NCBI GenBank assembly: GCA_963803435.1
Contig: CAWDML010000007.1
Span: 128,001 to 192,000 of the forward strand
DNA length: 64,000 nt
Direction of reading: 5' to 3'
From: an uncultured delta proteobacterium
Lineage (GTDB): Bacteria > Myxococcota > Kuafuiibacteriia > Kuafuiibacteriales > Kuafuiibacteriaceae
A model generated the notes under the pieces. It did not search any database, was not told the DNA's origin, and saw only the letters and a list, made by a program, of their open reading frames with translations. Below, piece after piece: positions 29,701 through 40,526 of the stretch. Positions within the stretch are counted from its first letter, which is position 1. The number at the start of each line of letters is the position of its first letter. Made by a program: the position numbers and the translations under genes.

Positions 29701-30412
29701 GACGCCGTCGCCGATACCGTCACCGTCCGAGTCTCTCGAGCGCGGATTCAGCTCACCAGGGTCCTGTATGCCGTTGTGGTTCGCGTCCTCGACACCGTCC
29801 GGGAATCTGATCGCCGTCGGTGTCGCGCAGGTTCGGATCGGTCTCGTTCGCGTCGACGGCGCCGTCGTGGTTCGAGTCCTCGACGCCGTCCGGGATCCCA
29901 TCGCCGTCGCTGTCCGCGTTGACCGGCGAGGTGGTGGTCGTGGGATCCGCGTCGGCCAGCGGCGGACATCCACTGCCAGAGACCGACGAGGTGCGCCCGT
30001 ACTCGATGCCGTCGAGGAGACCGTCGCCGTCGCTGTCTGGGTTGTTGGGATCCGTATGGAGGCCACCGGGATAGATCGTGCTGAACTCTTCGGCGTCCGA
30101 GAGCCCGTCGCAGTCCGAGTCGAGGTGATCGTTGTTCGGGTTGTTCGGATCGGCGCCCGAGTCCACGGTGCCGCTGTCCCCGCCGGCGTTGCCGCTGTCG
30201 TCCCCGACCCCGGAGTCCTTGGGCCCGATGTCGAAGCTCCCGCAATCGTCGGCGCTTCCGTCCTCGCTGGCGTCATTCGTCCCGAAGTCGGCGAGCACCG
30301 TGCCGTCGAGGTGACCGCCTCCGGGATCCTCGCCGCAGCTACAGGCATTGATAGACGACGCGATCCCGATCGCCGAGACCAGCGTGAGCAGAGTGGAGCG
30401 CCTTAGGTTCAT
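26769..30412 (-). CDS. CglD-like adhesin lipoprotein (TSP3-type Ca-binding repeats, vWA, Cys-rich repeats); frameshifts at about 29805 and 29365
   Basis: Lipoprotein signal NACSC; many DSDGDG..DGVED repeats across three ORFs; MIDAS-like DISGS; C-terminal CPANCGGC repeats. Confidence 0.78.
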
Positions 30413-30570
30413 CGACACGACCTCGTCCCCGACTACCATGCAGCCCGGTAGCGCGGCTAATTCCCTCTACCGGGGACGGCACGGACTCGGAGCACTGAGC
30501 AGTATGGCAGGCCGTATTCGTGCGGCAAACGCGTGGGTCGCGCAGCGCGGGTGTAGCCGCGAGTGGTCGG

Positions 30571-31951
30571 TCAGCGCGACTCGGGCTGCGCCGCGGGCGC
30601 CAAGTCGAGGTCGGACTTCGAGCGGTCCGAGGCCTCGGCGAGACGCTTCTCCGCCTCGATCATGAGGTCGAGCGCCGCCTTCCGCTTGTTGAATTTGGGC
30701 GCGCTGGCGGCGATGCGAGCGTACTGGAGGGCCTGGTCGTAGCTCTTCTGGTCGAACGCGTCCTGCGCCAACCGGAACGCAATCTCGGCGTGGACCGGGG
30801 CGCGACCGGTCAGGGAGAGGGCTCGAATCAGGATCTGACGGCCGCCCTCAGGGTTGCCGCGCTTGAACTCGGCGCTCGCCGCACTGAGCATCGCCCGGCC
30901 CCGCTCCTCCTGCATCGCCTCCGTCTCGCGCGCCTGGCCCTCGACCGACTCGGACTTCTTGGCTTCCTTTTGCGCCAACACCTCTTCGGTCGAATCGATC
31001 CGCGTCGCGGGGGCAACCGGCTGAACGGTCGGACGGGGCGCGGGGGGTGGAGCCGGTGGGGCATCCGCGCCTGCCACCGAGCTCCCAGATCTCCGCGGTC
31101 CCGCGGCGACCACGTCATCGGCCGCCTCCCCGCCCAGCGTCGGCGCGTCCTTGGCCGGCGTTCGCAATCTCGTCGTTCGTGCGACGCCGTCCTCGTCTTC
31201 AATCGTGTCTCTTGGCTTCGAGCTCGGCTTCCGCGCGTCGCCCGTGAAGCCGCGCGTCTCGGCACGCTCGGCCGGCGCTTCGGACTTCGCGACCTTGTTC
31301 GACCTTGCCTTGGACTTGTCCTCTGCGAGCTGCGCCTTCTCGTCCGCCGGCGGCGTCGAGACGCGGCCCGACGGCTCGCGCCGGAGCGCACGGGCCGCCC
31401 GATGGCGCGCCGCGGTCGCCCGCTTCGGCTTGGCCGGCTCCGTCGGCGGCGGTACCTCGGCCGGCGCCACGGTCGTCGCAGCGCTCTCGTCCAGCCTCAC
31501 CTGATCCGGCTTCGGCTCGGCCTGCGGACCGCCGGCGGCCACCGGGCTCGGGATCCGCTCCACGCTCATCGGTGCCTGCTCGCTCGTCGACAGCATCATC
31601 GACGGTACCGTCACCAGCGCCACCAGCATCGCGACCGAGCCGGCCGCCACCAATCCCGCCATCGGGCTGGCGAACAGCTTCCGGAGCCAGCCCCTGAGGC
31701 CGCGCTTCTGCTCCTCCTGGGCGGCCTCATCGGCAGCTTGACGGGCGCTCGCAAGGATCAGCGCATCGAGGTGGGGCGACGGCTCCTCCTCGGGGAGCCC
31801 GCGAAGCGCCCCGAATCGTGGCCTCGAGACCGGCGACCTCCGCAGACAGCGCGACGTCGGAGTCGAGCGTCCGCTCGAACGCCTCCGTCTCCTCGTCCGA
31901 GAGCTCGCCGTACAGGTAGTCGACGAGCCGGCTGTCCTTCTCCGCGGTCAC
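30571..31951 (-). CDS. Anti-sigma factor (zf-HC2-like N-terminus, TM helix, TPR-like C-terminus); frameshift at about 31810
   Basis: LVDYLYGELS N-terminus; directly downstream of the ECF sigma; ORFs 31727..31951 and 30571..31662. Confidence 0.75.
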
Positions 31952-32655
31952 TCTGGTCCGATCCCCTGTTTCCTCAAGTGCGTCCTCAAATGCTCGAGCG
32001 CGTACCTCATCCGACTCTTCACCGTGTTTTCGGGAACGCCGACGACCGACGCGATGTCTTTGAACGGCATCCCCGCGTACTCACGCATCACGAACACCTC
32101 GCGCTGCTCCTCCGGGAGCGACGAGAGGGCCCTCTCCAGCTTGGGACGCAAGCGCTCGCTCTCGGCGCCCCGATCCGGCGAGATCCCTTCCTCGTCCCGG
32201 ACCCGATCGCCGAGCGTGGCACCGTCGTCCTCTGCTCCATTCAACGACTGATCGAGCGAAGCGGTCTTGCGATAGCTCGCCTTTCTGAGAGCGTCGATGC
32301 AGTGATTTCGGGCGATGGTGTAGAGCCAGGTGGTGAACTTGGCCTGTCGTTCCCATGACTTGGCCGACTTCACCACCTTGAGGAACACCTCCTGGAGCGC
32401 ATCCTCTGCCGCGGTCCGGTCGCCGACCATCCTGAGGCAGAAGTTGAACACCGGCTTCCGGTGGCGCGCGAGCAGCTGCTCGAACGCCTTGGCATCGCCC
32501 TTCTTGAACGCCGTCATCAGCCGCGTGTCTTCGCGCTCGGCCGCCTCGGCCTCGGGGCTGACCGGCGCACGGGTGGCGCGGCGTCGCTGGGCGGGCGCCT
32601 TCTCCTCAATCGCGGTCTCTTCGGCCGCGACGACCTCTTGTGACGGCCCAGCCAA
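31948..32655 (-). CDS. ECF RNA polymerase sigma factor
   Basis: AEDALQEVFLKV, KFTTWLYTIARNHCID, LPEEQREVF, TVKSRMRYA. Confidence 0.93.
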   Translation of the reverse strand: MAGPSQEVVAAEETAIEEKAPAQRRRATRAPVSPEAEAAEREDTRLMTAFKKGDAKAFEQLLARHRKPVFNFCLRMVGDRTAAEDALQEVFLKVVKSAKSWERQAKFTTWLYTIARNHCIDALRKASYRKTASLDQSLNGAEDDGATLGDRVRDEEGISPDRGAESERLRPKLERALSSLPEEQREVFVMREYAGMPFKDIASVVGVPENTVKSRMRYALEHLRTHLRKQGIGPE

Positions 32656-34806
32656 CTATCGGTCGGCGTCGAGAGTCAGCTCGAGCGCCAACTCCTCCTC
32701 GTCTATCACACCGTTCTTGATCAACAGCCGGCCCAGCGCGAGGACCAGCTCCGCGCGCTCCGCAGACTTCAGAGACCGCCCCTGCATCAACGCCCGCACC
32801 AGGTCGCGCGCGCGATCGTCCGCGTCGCCCTCGCGGATCTCGGTCATCTCGACCGGCTGCTCCATCACGATCGGATCGCTGAACTGACCGTCGAGCGCCG
32901 AGAGCACGGCGTCGCGATCCACCTCCTCGCTCGACGGCGTCGGCTCCGGATCCTCGAGATCCTCGATCCGCACCTCGGGCAGATCCGCGAGCGGCACCGA
33001 GCTCGTCTCGATGCGCGGGTTGGTCGACTCGTCGAAGAGGCGCGTCGCCGGCGGTGGCTGGACGACGAACGCCGGGCCCGGCACCTCGTCCGAGCCCGTG
33101 TCCTCCTGCACCGGCTCGGCGTCCATCAGCGACATCAAGCTCGACGGCTCGATCACCGGCATCGCGTCGGCGTCCGAGTCGTCCGGGCGCGCCAGCGCCA
33201 ATCGCGGCGCCACGCTCGCAGGTGCCGCTTCGTCCATCCGCTTCGCGGGCGCGGGCGGATCCGACTTCTTCTTGGGCGGCGGAGGAGCGACGTCGAGCGC
33301 GGCCACGAAGTCGAGGGCCGGTACGCTCCGCCGCGGATCGGCGTCCGTCCGGAGATCCGCCGTGGGCGGGACGCTCTGCCGCGCCTCCACCGCCGCCTTC
33401 GACATCGGGATGTCGCCCCCGATGAGGGCGCGGTTGGGCCGGCCCGACTCGGGGAGCGGCGGCGGCTCGAAGTGATCGGAGCTGAAGTCGATCGCCGGGA
33501 TGATCCCGGTCCGCTCGAGGCCGGTCGGAACGTCGTCGAAGGTGGGCCCGCCGAAGGGGTGATTGGCCTCGTCGATCTCGATGGGGATCTCGAACGCGCG
33601 GACCAGCTCGCTCGACGCCACCGAGTCCAGGTGGACCGGCTGCGCCTGCATCGCGATCACCTGGACCTCGCTCAACTCCTCCAGTTCGATCTGCGAGGTC
33701 GAGATGTCCTCGGCTTCAATCTCGATCAGCTCGGCCGGTTCGTCGTGATCCGGATCGAGGTTGGCGAGGCGCGCCTCGGTCGTCACCGGCTCGACCTCGG
33801 AGCGCGACTGCTGGTTGCCGGCAGGCTGCGAGAGGCCACCCGGCGGCGACCAGTCGCGGACGGCCAGATCCCAATCCTGCTGAGGGACGTGATCGTCGAT
33901 GCGCGTCTTCGGCTCCTCCTCGAGCGCATCGAGCGGCATCGGGTGAATCAGATCCTGCGCCGTGAGCCGGAACGGCTCGGGCTTGGACGCGCGCCGCAAG
34001 CCGGTCGGCGGCGGCGGCTGCGGCGGCGTCGCGCGCGGCGGCGTGGTCGGCACCTTCGACGGCGGCGCAGCCCTCGGCGCGGGCGTCGTCTGATGCGTTC
34101 GGCTCGGCATGGCGGCGCGGACGAGCTCGGTCGGCCCGCCGGTCGCCGGATCGGTGGGGCGGAGCGGAGCCGAGGCCGGCGCCGAGATCGGTCGATGGTT
34201 TCGCGGCGCCGGGGGTGGCGCGGCCGGCGGCGTCTCGAGCTTTCGCATGGCCGGCGGGTTGATCGGCTTGGCCGGCGGCGCCGCCAGGTTCGGCGGAGGC
34301 TGCGGCGGCGGCGGTGGCGTGGCCGGCGGCATCGGCGGGACGTGCTTGCCCTGGATCGCCCGGTACTGGGTATCGATCGCGGTGTCGACCTCGCTCGCGC
34401 TCGCCATCAGGACCCGGACTTGACGGCCGGTGACGCGCTGAACCTCCCCGATCGCCTCGCTGTCGAGCGGATCGGCCATGACCAGGTAGAGGAACTCGGC
34501 CCCGTTGGCCCGCTTGATGGCGATGGGCAGCACCCCATACTTGATCGCGATCTGCGCCGGGATCAGCGCCAGCACGCGCTCGTGAATCTTGAGAGAAGAG
34601 ACGTTGACGACCTCGAGTCCGAGCTTCGCGGCGACCGCTTTGGTCAGCCGCTCCTCGTCGACGACCCGCTTGTCGCCCAGAATACGCGGCAGCCGCCTCC
34701 CGGACGTGCGCTGCTCCGCGACCGCGGCCTCGAGCGTCTGCTCATCGAGCAGGCCCATCTCAAGCAGCAAGTCGCCCATTCGACTGCGCTCTGCTCTGAC
34801 CGCCAC
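32656..34806 (-). CDS. MshEN / GspE-N-terminal domain protein with long Pro-rich acidic region
   Basis: RMGDLLLEMGLL...AVAEQ, LVMADPLD; no ATPase domain. Confidence 0.8.
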   Translation of the reverse strand: MAVRAERSRMGDLLLEMGLLDEQTLEAAVAEQRTSGRRLPRILGDKRVVDEERLTKAVAAKLGLEVVNVSSLKIHERVLALIPAQIAIKYGVLPIAIKRANGAEFLYLVMADPLDSEAIGEVQRVTGRQVRVLMASASEVDTAIDTQYRAIQGKHVPPMPPATPPPPPQPPPNLAAPPAKPINPPAMRKLETPPAAPPPAPRNHRPISAPASAPLRPTDPATGGPTELVRAAMPSRTHQTTPAPRAAPPSKVPTTPPRATPPQPPPPTGLRRASKPEPFRLTAQDLIHPMPLDALEEEPKTRIDDHVPQQDWDLAVRDWSPPGGLSQPAGNQQSRSEVEPVTTEARLANLDPDHDEPAELIEIEAEDISTSQIELEELSEVQVIAMQAQPVHLDSVASSELVRAFEIPIEIDEANHPFGGPTFDDVPTGLERTGIIPAIDFSSDHFEPPPLPESGRPNRALIGGDIPMSKAAVEARQSVPPTADLRTDADPRRSVPALDFVAALDVAPPPPKKKSDPPAPAKRMDEAAPASVAPRLALARPDDSDADAMPVIEPSSLMSLMDAEPVQEDTGSDEVPGPAFVVQPPPATRLFDESTNPRIETSSVPLADLPEVRIEDLEDPEPTPSSEEVDRDAVLSALDGQFSDPIVMEQPVEMTEIREGDADDRARDLVRALMQGRSLKSAERAELVLALGRLLIKNGVIDEEELALELTLDADR

Positions 34807-34826
34807 GCGCTATCCAGCCTTCCTGC

Positions 34827-35555
34827 TCACCGCTTGTTGACGAGCTCCATGTACTCGTCCCGGGAAAAGACACCTTTCTCGATCAACAGCTCCACCATGG
34901 CCCGGATCGCTTTCTTTTGCTGCTGCTGCGCGCCGTCGAGTCGACGCGCCAGGTCGACCGCCTCGCTCCGCTCGGGCTCCAGCCTCGGCGGCGTGGACGG
35001 CGGCGGCGGCGGCTCGCGTTCGCCGCCCTCGAGGGCCAGCCCCGAGGCCGCCATCGCCGCCTGGCTCGGTTCGGCCCCGTACCGCCGGGATTCGAAGCTG
35101 CTGCCGAAGGCAATCCCATGTCCGAGGTACTGATCGATCGCGTCGTTGATCTGTCCGTCGCCCGCGATCGTCGTCTGAATCTTGAAGCCGGTCTTGAAGG
35201 CCACCTCATCGATGGCGGCGACGTTCGTGGGATCGACCATCGCGATCGTGAGAGTCTTGGAGCCCGGATCGAAATGCTCGGGACACATCCCGTTGGCTCG
35301 CGCAAACGCGACGTCGACCTTCTGAAGGACCTCCGGCGGGATGTTGACGTTGTGGAAGGTCGCACGCGCAATCCCGAGCTGCTTCGAGAGCGCCTTCACG
35401 ATGAGGTCCTCGGTCACGAAGCTCATGTCGACCAGGATCTTTCCCAACCGACCTCCCCACCGCTTCTGCTCGGCAAGGGCGGCGTTCAGCTTGGTCTCGT
35501 CGAGGATCCCGGCCCGCACCAGGAGCTCGCCCAACTTGATCCTGTGGGTCGCCAT
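34827..35555 (-). CDS. MshEN / GspE-N-terminal domain protein
   Basis: KLGELLVRAGIL...AALAEQ...RLGKILV, AMVDPTN; C-terminal LLIEKGVFSRDEY. Confidence 0.85.
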   Translation of the reverse strand: MATHRIKLGELLVRAGILDETKLNAALAEQKRWGGRLGKILVDMSFVTEDLIVKALSKQLGIARATFHNVNIPPEVLQKVDVAFARANGMCPEHFDPGSKTLTIAMVDPTNVAAIDEVAFKTGFKIQTTIAGDGQINDAIDQYLGHGIAFGSSFESRRYGAEPSQAAMAASGLALEGGEREPPPPPSTPPRLEPERSEAVDLARRLDGAQQQQKKAIRAMVELLIEKGVFSRDEYMELVNKR

Positions 35556-35659
35556 CGCGTGCGTCGTGAGGCACGACACCTTAACTCCCTTTTTGGGACG
35601 CCTGCCACTTCTGCTCACCACCGAAGTGCGAGGGGCGCGCACGTTTCGTCAGGCGAGAC

Positions 35660-36454
35660 TCAAGGGACCTCGGCCAGGGGCTCGGGCTCGACACCCGGGG
35701 GCGGTGTGATGCGAAACAGCGCAGCTGCCAGGGTCACGTCGACCTCGGCCTCCTCCAGCTTGATGCGCACATCCAACCCCCGATCGGGCAGCTCGATGTG
35801 GATCTTGTGAGGCAGCTCTCCAGTCGCGCCCTCGATCCGCTCGAAGTCATCGAACTCCACGGACAGCCGCGGCTTCGACGCCTGCGCGCCCAGGGTCATC
35901 TTCTCGACCACCTTCCGCACCGGATCGACGGTGAGACGGTTGATCTCGACCCCATCGTCCAGGGTCAGGATCCAGTGCTCGCCGTCCTCGGCCCACTCCA
36001 GCGCCTTCGGCTCGAACCTCGAAGAGGTGGGCACACCGCCGAGCAGGGTGTCGACGACCTCCTCCGGATTCATCGCGAGCGGAAGCAGCCGGGAGATGTT
36101 CTCGGGCGTCGCGGGTCCCTCGCGGAGCCGGTTCTTGGAGAGCAGCCAGAGCTTCGATCCGTCCGAGGCCATCACGTCGATCGGCTGCTCGAACGGCGAG
36201 ATCGTCTCCACGCGAAACGACCTCGGGCGCTCGGCGAGCAGCACCGCCTTCACGCGCGCGCGGTTCTTGGGTCCGAAGTACGTGACCCGGGCGAGCGCAC
36301 GCATGTTCCTCCGGCCGGCGCCCTGCGCTCGGAGCTGCGCCAGCGCCTCCGTCGCGGACGGCAAGGGTCGCGTGTCCGGTGGCCGCAGGGGCTGCGGCCT
36401 GCAAGCCAACAGCGCAAGACAGCTTGCAACCACCAGGACGACGCGTACGCTCAT
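35660..36454 (-). CDS. LolB-like / DUF4292 lipoprotein
   Basis: Lipobox LLAC; ERPRSFRVETISPF; follows a TPR gene. Confidence 0.65.
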   Translation of the reverse strand: MSVRVVLVVASCLALLACRPQPLRPPDTRPLPSATEALAQLRAQGAGRRNMRALARVTYFGPKNRARVKAVLLAERPRSFRVETISPFEQPIDVMASDGSKLWLLSKNRLREGPATPENISRLLPLAMNPEEVVDTLLGGVPTSSRFEPKALEWAEDGEHWILTLDDGVEINRLTVDPVRKVVEKMTLGAQASKPRLSVEFDDFERIEGATGELPHKIHIELPDRGLDVRIKLEEAEVDVTLAAALFRITPPPGVEPEPLAEVP

Positions 36455-38356
36455 CTATCTCTGCTCCAGCTTGGCGCGCAGCCGATCGCGATCCTGCGTG
36501 GCGCCGGGCTCGCGCGCGCGGATCCGGCCGCGAACCAGCTCGATCGCTCGCTGGTAAACCGCCCGCGCACCCTTATGGTTCCCGAGTGCACGCATGACGT
36601 CGCCCATGTGCTCTGCGATCTCGGGATCCCGCGGGGCCAGTCGGCTCGCGCGGCGCAGCGCGTGCTCGGCTTCGGTGAGCCGCCCCCGCCGGAACAGCAC
36701 CCACCCATAAGAGTCGATGACAGCGGCGGAGCGGGGCTCGATCCCGAGGGCCCGCCGGACCAACTCCTCCGCCTCGTCGAGGTTCCGGCCCTCCTCGGCG
36801 TAGGCGTAGCCGAGGAAGTTGAGCGTCTCGGCCTCCGCATCCGAACCCGTGAGCTTGGAGAGCGTCTCGATCGCGCGCCTCTTCTCCTCCACATCCCACA
36901 GGAACGAGGCGAGCAACAGCCGACCCTCGCGATCGCCGTCCACCGTGAGGGCGCTCATGAGACGGCGCGCCTCGTCCTTGCGCCCGTGGCGGGCCAGGAT
37001 CGACGCCTCCACGCCCGCCAGCTTCCTCCGCGTGGACACGTCGCCGGGCGCCTCGCGGAGCAGCACCACCGCGCCGTCGACGTCGCCCTTTCGCTCGATC
37101 AGCTGCGCGAGGAGCCCGAGCATCGGCGCCGAGCCGGACTTCTTCTCGAGGCCGTTGCGGAGCGCGATCTCGGAGCGCTCGAGCTTGCCCTCCCGCATCA
37201 GGATCTCGGCCATCGACACGCGGGCGTCGTCGTACAGGTCGCTCTCCGGACCGATGTGCTCGAGCTCGGCCAGCGCCTCTTCGTCGCGGCCGATGCGGTT
37301 CAACGCAATCGCGAGCGCGTGTCGGCACCAATCGTCCGGCTTCTCGCGCACCACCTCGCGGAGGACCTCGGCCGCACGCTCGTTGCGACCTTCGGACAGC
37401 AACATGAAGCCGATCCGCCGTTGCGTCTCGATGGAGGACGAGCTCGCCTCGAGCCGCTCCAGGTACTCGCCGGCGGCGTCGTCGCGGTCGAGCCGCAGCT
37501 CGGCGCGGGCGGCCTCGAGCAGCGCGACCGGCTCCTGCGGGTGAGCCTCGACGAACGCCCGCCAGCGGACCGCGGCATCCTCGGGTCGCCCGAGCCGCTC
37601 CAGCGCGTCGGACAGCTCGAGCATCAGCTCGGTGTCGTGGGGATCGCGGGTCATCGCCCGCTCGAGCGCCCGCGCGGCCGGGCCCCAGCTGCGGTCGGCC
37701 TTCTCCAGCTTCGCCAGCGCCGCCAACGCCTCCGTGGACTGGGGCGCCCGCTCCGCACCCCGCTCCAGGACCCGCACGGCCTCACGGATCCGGCCCCGCC
37801 GCTCCAGGATCGCCGCGACGCCCAGCACGCCCCGCATGTCGTCGGGCGCCACCGAGACGGCCTTCCGGAAGGCGCGCTCGGCGTCGGCGAGCTGGTCGCC
37901 CTCGGCGGCGATCTGTCCCGACAACAGGAGCGCCTCCAGGTGGGCCGGCTGGCGCTCGAGCACCCGCGCCACCAGCTTCTTCGCCTTGCCCGTCTGACCG
38001 AGCGCGCGCGAGGCCCGCGCCAGCTCGAGCGCGAGGTAGATCGACTCGGGATCGTAGACGAGCGCCAGCTGGAGCTCCTCGGCGGCGTTCGAGCCCTCAC
38101 CCGCGAGCGCCGCAATCTCGGCGCGCATCGCATGCAAGTAGGCTTGCGAGCTGATGTAGCGCTTGTCGCGGGGCGACGGCGGACGGCGGGCATCGGCGCG
38201 CGCCATCCTCCGGCCGCCTTTTCCATAGTCTGGCCGAGCTGACCCCGTCGACGTGTATAACGTCGCGCTCAAGAAAGCGGTGAGCGCTACGCCCGCACGC
38301 AAGCTCCGGCTAAGCACGCGTTTTTCGACGGTATCACGGGGACGCAGCTTTGACAC
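36455..38356 (-). CDS. Tetratricopeptide repeat protein (start uncertain)
   Basis: Multiple TPRs; LNFLGYAYAE and DSYGWVLFRRG. Confidence 0.85.
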   Translation of the reverse strand: MSKLRPRDTVEKRVLSRSLRAGVALTAFLSATLYTSTGSARPDYGKGGRRMARADARRPPSPRDKRYISSQAYLHAMRAEIAALAGEGSNAAEELQLALVYDPESIYLALELARASRALGQTGKAKKLVARVLERQPAHLEALLLSGQIAAEGDQLADAERAFRKAVSVAPDDMRGVLGVAAILERRGRIREAVRVLERGAERAPQSTEALAALAKLEKADRSWGPAARALERAMTRDPHDTELMLELSDALERLGRPEDAAVRWRAFVEAHPQEPVALLEAARAELRLDRDDAAGEYLERLEASSSSIETQRRIGFMLLSEGRNERAAEVLREVVREKPDDWCRHALAIALNRIGRDEEALAELEHIGPESDLYDDARVSMAEILMREGKLERSEIALRNGLEKKSGSAPMLGLLAQLIERKGDVDGAVVLLREAPGDVSTRRKLAGVEASILARHGRKDEARRLMSALTVDGDREGRLLLASFLWDVEEKRRAIETLSKLTGSDAEAETLNFLGYAYAEEGRNLDEAEELVRRALGIEPRSAAVIDSYGWVLFRRGRLTEAEHALRRASRLAPRDPEIAEHMGDVMRALGNHKGARAVYQRAIELVRGRIRAREPGATQDRDRLRAKLEQR

Positions 38357-38409
38357 GGGTTCAGGGTGGTCGCTATGCTCCGCGCGCCCGGGCGCCGGAA
38401 CGGTACGAG

Positions 38410-40524
38410 ATGGGACGAACGGAAAGCCTCCTGCTCATCATGGCGATCGCAATCATCGCCCCTTCCGCCTACGGTCAGGCGACGCCTGATATTCCGGAGG
38501 CACCTCCGCCCGCCCCCGGTCCACCGCCTCCGGCGACCGAGGCGGAGACGCCGCCGCCTCCTCCGCCGGACGCCGCCGCCCCTGCGCGGAAGACGCGGAA
38601 CGAGCCCGCCGAACCCGCCGTCAAGGCCACCACGGCGAAGCCCGAGGCGCGCCGCACCTCCGGACGCCTGGCCGTGTCGCCCAGCGGCGAGACCGGGCTC
38701 TACCGGATCGCCGCGGCGGAGAGCGTCGACCCGGGGCTGATTCGACTCTCCTTCGGCCTGGACTTCTTCGCGGTCAACTCGTTCATCGCCGCCGACGACA
38801 GCCACTCGATGATCGGCGGGACGCTCGCGCTCTCGGCCTCGCCCATCGACTATCTCGAGCTCTGGCTCTCGATGCGGGCCCAATCCAACAGCGACAACTA
38901 CACCAGCCCCACGCTGCTGCAGTCGCTGGGCGATTGGAGCCTGGGCATCAAGGGCTTTTATCCCGTCGCCAAGCTGGCGACGGTCGGCGTCGACGTCCAG
39001 GCCACCTTCCTCTCGGGGATCGGCTCGGCGAGCCTCGACTTCGGCGCCACGAACCTTCAATTCCGCGCCCTGCTCACCAGCGATCTCTACCGGGCCACCG
39101 AGAAGATCCCGGTGCGCCTGCACCTGAACGTCGGCTTCCTGCTCGACAACTCGGACCACCTGGTCGCCCAGGGCGCCGCGCTCACCAACGCGGAGCGCTT
39201 CGCGTTGAGCGTCAGCGACTTCAACCGGGTCACGCTCGCGGCCGGGATCGAGGTCCCGGTGAAGTACGTGACGCTCTTCCTCGAATACTCGGCCGAGTTC
39301 CCGGTCGGCTATCTGGCGACGCCCGGCATCGTCATCACCAGCAACGCGCTGAGCCCTGCACAGACCACCGGCGCACCCCGGGTGGCCGATACTCTGGCGC
39401 GTCCCGCGGTCCAGCGCGTCATCCCGCAGCGCATCACGCCCGGCATCCGGATCACCGCGATCCCCAAGCTCACGCTGGACGTCGTGGCCGAAATCGGGAT
39501 CACGCCGGATGTCGCCACCGGCGTGCTGGCGGTGCCCCCATACAAGATCGCGCTCCTCGCCTCCTATCCGCTCGATCCCTTCGGCGAGACCGAGACCCGC
39601 GGGCCGCCGATCAGCGTGCCGGTGATCGTCCCCGAGACGGTCGAGCCGCCGCCCTCCACCGGCCGCATCGGCGGGATCGTCAAGAACAAGGCGGACCACA
39701 GCCCGCTCTCGGGCGCGATCGTCCGCTTCGATCGAGCGCCGCCCGTCGCCACCGGCGACGACGGCCGCTTCACCTCCCACGCGCTCGAGCCGGGCCCCGT
39801 CGCGGTCACGGTGCAGAAGGACGGGTTCCAGGCTGGGACCGCCAACCTCGACGTGACGGTCGGCGACACGGCCGAGCTCGACGTCGAGCTGGTCCCCACC
39901 ATCAAGGAGGGCATGCTGAAGGGCCGCGTGGTGGACGAGAAGGACCAGCCTCTCGCGGGCATCACCGTGGCCGTCCAAGGCCCGACACAGGAGTCGCTCA
40001 CCACCGACGCGCAGGGTCAGTTCGAGACCAGCGCGCGGGCCGGCAAGTACGAGATCACCGTCGAGCACGAGGGCTACCTGCGGAAGGCGCGCACCCACGA
40101 GCTCCAGGGCGGTGAGACCTACACCGCCGATTTCTTGATCCGGAAGCCGCCCAAGGAGAAGCTCGTCGAGGTCCGCGGGAATCGGATCCTGGTGAAGAAG
40201 TCCGTCCACTTCGTCACCGGCGAGGCGCACCTCGCGCCCGACGCAGCGGCCCTCCTCGACAACGTCGTGGACGTCCTCGTGGAGAAGCCGGCGATCCGTG
40301 TGCGGGTCGAGGGCCACACGGACAACGTCGGCAGCGACGAGACCAACATGCAGCTATCCAAGGATCGGGCCGAGGCGGTCGTGCAATACCTCGCCTCTCA
40401 GGGCATCGATGCCAGCCGACTGTCCGCGGAGGGCTTCGGGTCCACCCGCCCGATCGCGCCAAACCTGACGCGGCGTGGACGCGAACAGAATCGACGCGTA
40501 GAGTTCCATATCGTGGAGCAGTAG
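38410..40524 (+). CDS. OmpA-family outer membrane protein with two carboxypeptidase-regulatory-like domains
   Basis: Signal peptide, beta-barrel, GRVVDEKDQPLAG repeats, VEGHTD...LSKDRA...NRRVEF. Confidence 0.88.
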   Translation: MGRTESLLLIMAIAIIAPSAYGQATPDIPEAPPPAPGPPPPATEAETPPPPPPDAAAPARKTRNEPAEPAVKATTAKPEARRTSGRLAVSPSGETGLYRIAAAESVDPGLIRLSFGLDFFAVNSFIAADDSHSMIGGTLALSASPIDYLELWLSMRAQSNSDNYTSPTLLQSLGDWSLGIKGFYPVAKLATVGVDVQATFLSGIGSASLDFGATNLQFRALLTSDLYRATEKIPVRLHLNVGFLLDNSDHLVAQGAALTNAERFALSVSDFNRVTLAAGIEVPVKYVTLFLEYSAEFPVGYLATPGIVITSNALSPAQTTGAPRVADTLARPAVQRVIPQRITPGIRITAIPKLTLDVVAEIGITPDVATGVLAVPPYKIALLASYPLDPFGETETRGPPISVPVIVPETVEPPPSTGRIGGIVKNKADHSPLSGAIVRFDRAPPVATGDDGRFTSHALEPGPVAVTVQKDGFQAGTANLDVTVGDTAELDVELVPTIKEGMLKGRVVDEKDQPLAGITVAVQGPTQESLTTDAQGQFETSARAGKYEITVEHEGYLRKARTHELQGGETYTADFLIRKPPKEKLVEVRGNRILVKKSVHFVTGEAHLAPDAAALLDNVVDVLVEKPAIRVRVEGHTDNVGSDETNMQLSKDRAEAVVQYLASQGIDASRLSAEGFGSTRPIAPNLTRRGREQNRRVEFHIVEQ

Positions 40525-40526
40525 CG

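Noticed and set aside
29140-30130. Nucleotide repeats (GCCGTCGCCGTC...) as a non-coding repeat array
   Set aside because: Explained by the DxDGDG coding repeats of the adhesin.
35798-38242. Long antisense or alternate-frame ORFs (for example 35798..38242, 44545..47457, 26880..29381)
   Set aside because: Shadow ORFs expected in about 70% GC DNA; they are Arg/Ala/Gly-rich and overlap well-supported genes.
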